Assembly (NCBI GenBank): GCA_963575745.1
Contig: CAUYUJ010000003.1
Span: 744,001 to 808,000, forward strand
From: Prorocentrum cordatum
Taxonomy: Eukaryota
Direction of reading: 5' to 3'
DNA length: 64,000 nt
In this document: in pieces, positions 62,881-64,000 of the stretch
Position numbering within the stretch: position 1 is the stretch's first letter
How the letters are laid out: every line of letters starts with the position of its first letter
Made by a program: the position numbers and the translations under genes
Notes under the pieces: model-generated
What the model was told of the DNA's origin: nothing
Databases searched by the model: none
What the model saw: the letters and a program-made list of their open reading frames with translations, nothing else

Positions 62881-64000
62881 TCAGTAAGTCTTTAGTTTTG
62901 AGCCCCCCCCCTTCTCTCGGCGGTGAATGGGACTGGTCCTAGAACCTCCTCGTCGAGGCAGAGATTATTTTCCCACAATTGTTGGGCGGGCTGGATAATG
63001 TTGGGGGGTCTTTCTCCCAAGGAATAATGCCCCACCCAAATGGTGGAAACGGAATCGCGCAGCAGCGCAGCTGGATGTCGCCCCTTGTTTCTGGCCTTCA
63101 TGTGCCTGGTTCAAGAAGGTGGAGCTTGAGAACATAGCAAACGCTAATACGACTTCAGTGCGATTTATCTAGAAGCGCGGGCGCATGCCACTGCAATTCG
63201 AAGGAAGGACTGGAGAACAACACTCGGGAAAGCAAGCACTGATTGGTAGGCCACTCCAGAGGCCCAGGGTCCCAATCCTGTGAGACCTCGAATTTAGCTC
63301 ATGCCCTCCTCGCCTGAGAAGTGGCTCCACTCATAGCTGGACTGAGCTGAACTGTCATGGGTTTACACCGCGCACACACACACAGAGGCACAGCAAGTCA
63401 CGCGCGGAATAAGTACAGGGGTGCAGCACTACCTCCGCCGCTGCTGGGGCCTTCGGACTGCGAACAAGGGCTCAAATGAAAAACGAACTGATTCCACAAT
63501 CAGTGTAATCCAACCGTCGCCGTGCACAACGCACTTTTTACGTCAGCCGCGGTGCACCTCGGCGCAAAGCATCAACAAGTCTCCGGACGGAGCCCATTCC
63601 GCCGTGCGAACGGCCGTTGCGGCGTGCAGGTCGGAGTGTTGAGGGGGGCGGGAGGAGGGAAGCTGACGAATTCGGTGGGAAGGCATTTAATCGAGTTCTC
63701 TGCGCAAAGACGCCCACGCGACTGCGAAATGGTGGGGCTGGAACATAGAAGGCGCGTATGTGAAGGGACACGCGGGGGAAAACATACAGGGAGCGCGGCG
63801 ACAGCACCACGCTACGTGATCCTCCATCCCTCTCCTCCCACGACTCCTGCTCCCAACCTTGAGGTTGGCAGATATGAACGTCGCTGCAAAAACGCATTCG
63901 GAAACACAGCCGGTCCCGCACGACTCTCGAAGTGAGTGCCGATAAAGATTGAGGCGCAAGGGAGACGTCGAGGACACCTGCTAACGGGGATAGATTGACG

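Overview
GC-rich, repeat-saturated eukaryotic DNA, almost certainly from a dinoflagellate. A perfect 22-nt dinoflagellate spliced leader (TCCGTAGCCATTTTGGCTCAAG) lies on the minus strand at 54562-54583, and putative host exons use GC donors and AG|G acceptors. Host content is small: an MFSD1-like MFS transporter on one long exon (about 1.0-2.4 kb, minus) and three candidate exons of an unknown minus-strand gene. The rest is mobile DNA and satellites. A decayed ~12.4 kb Copia-type LTR element carries a C5 cytosine-methyltransferase-like domain after RNase H. There are also two decayed RTE-like LINEs, a 5'-truncated L1/Tx1-like LINE with a poly(A) tail and an exact 15-bp TSD, and a large RNase H-bearing LINE. 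A 3 kb EN/RT-less relative of that large LINE begins precisely with the spliced leader. Other elements are a MULE-like TIR element with a 9-bp TSD and satellite cargo, a MITE family, foldback-like inverted satellite arms, and arrays of a ~20-bp motif regularly interspaced with variable sequence. All protein assignments are by-eye motif recognition, no searches were run, and most boundaries are approximate.
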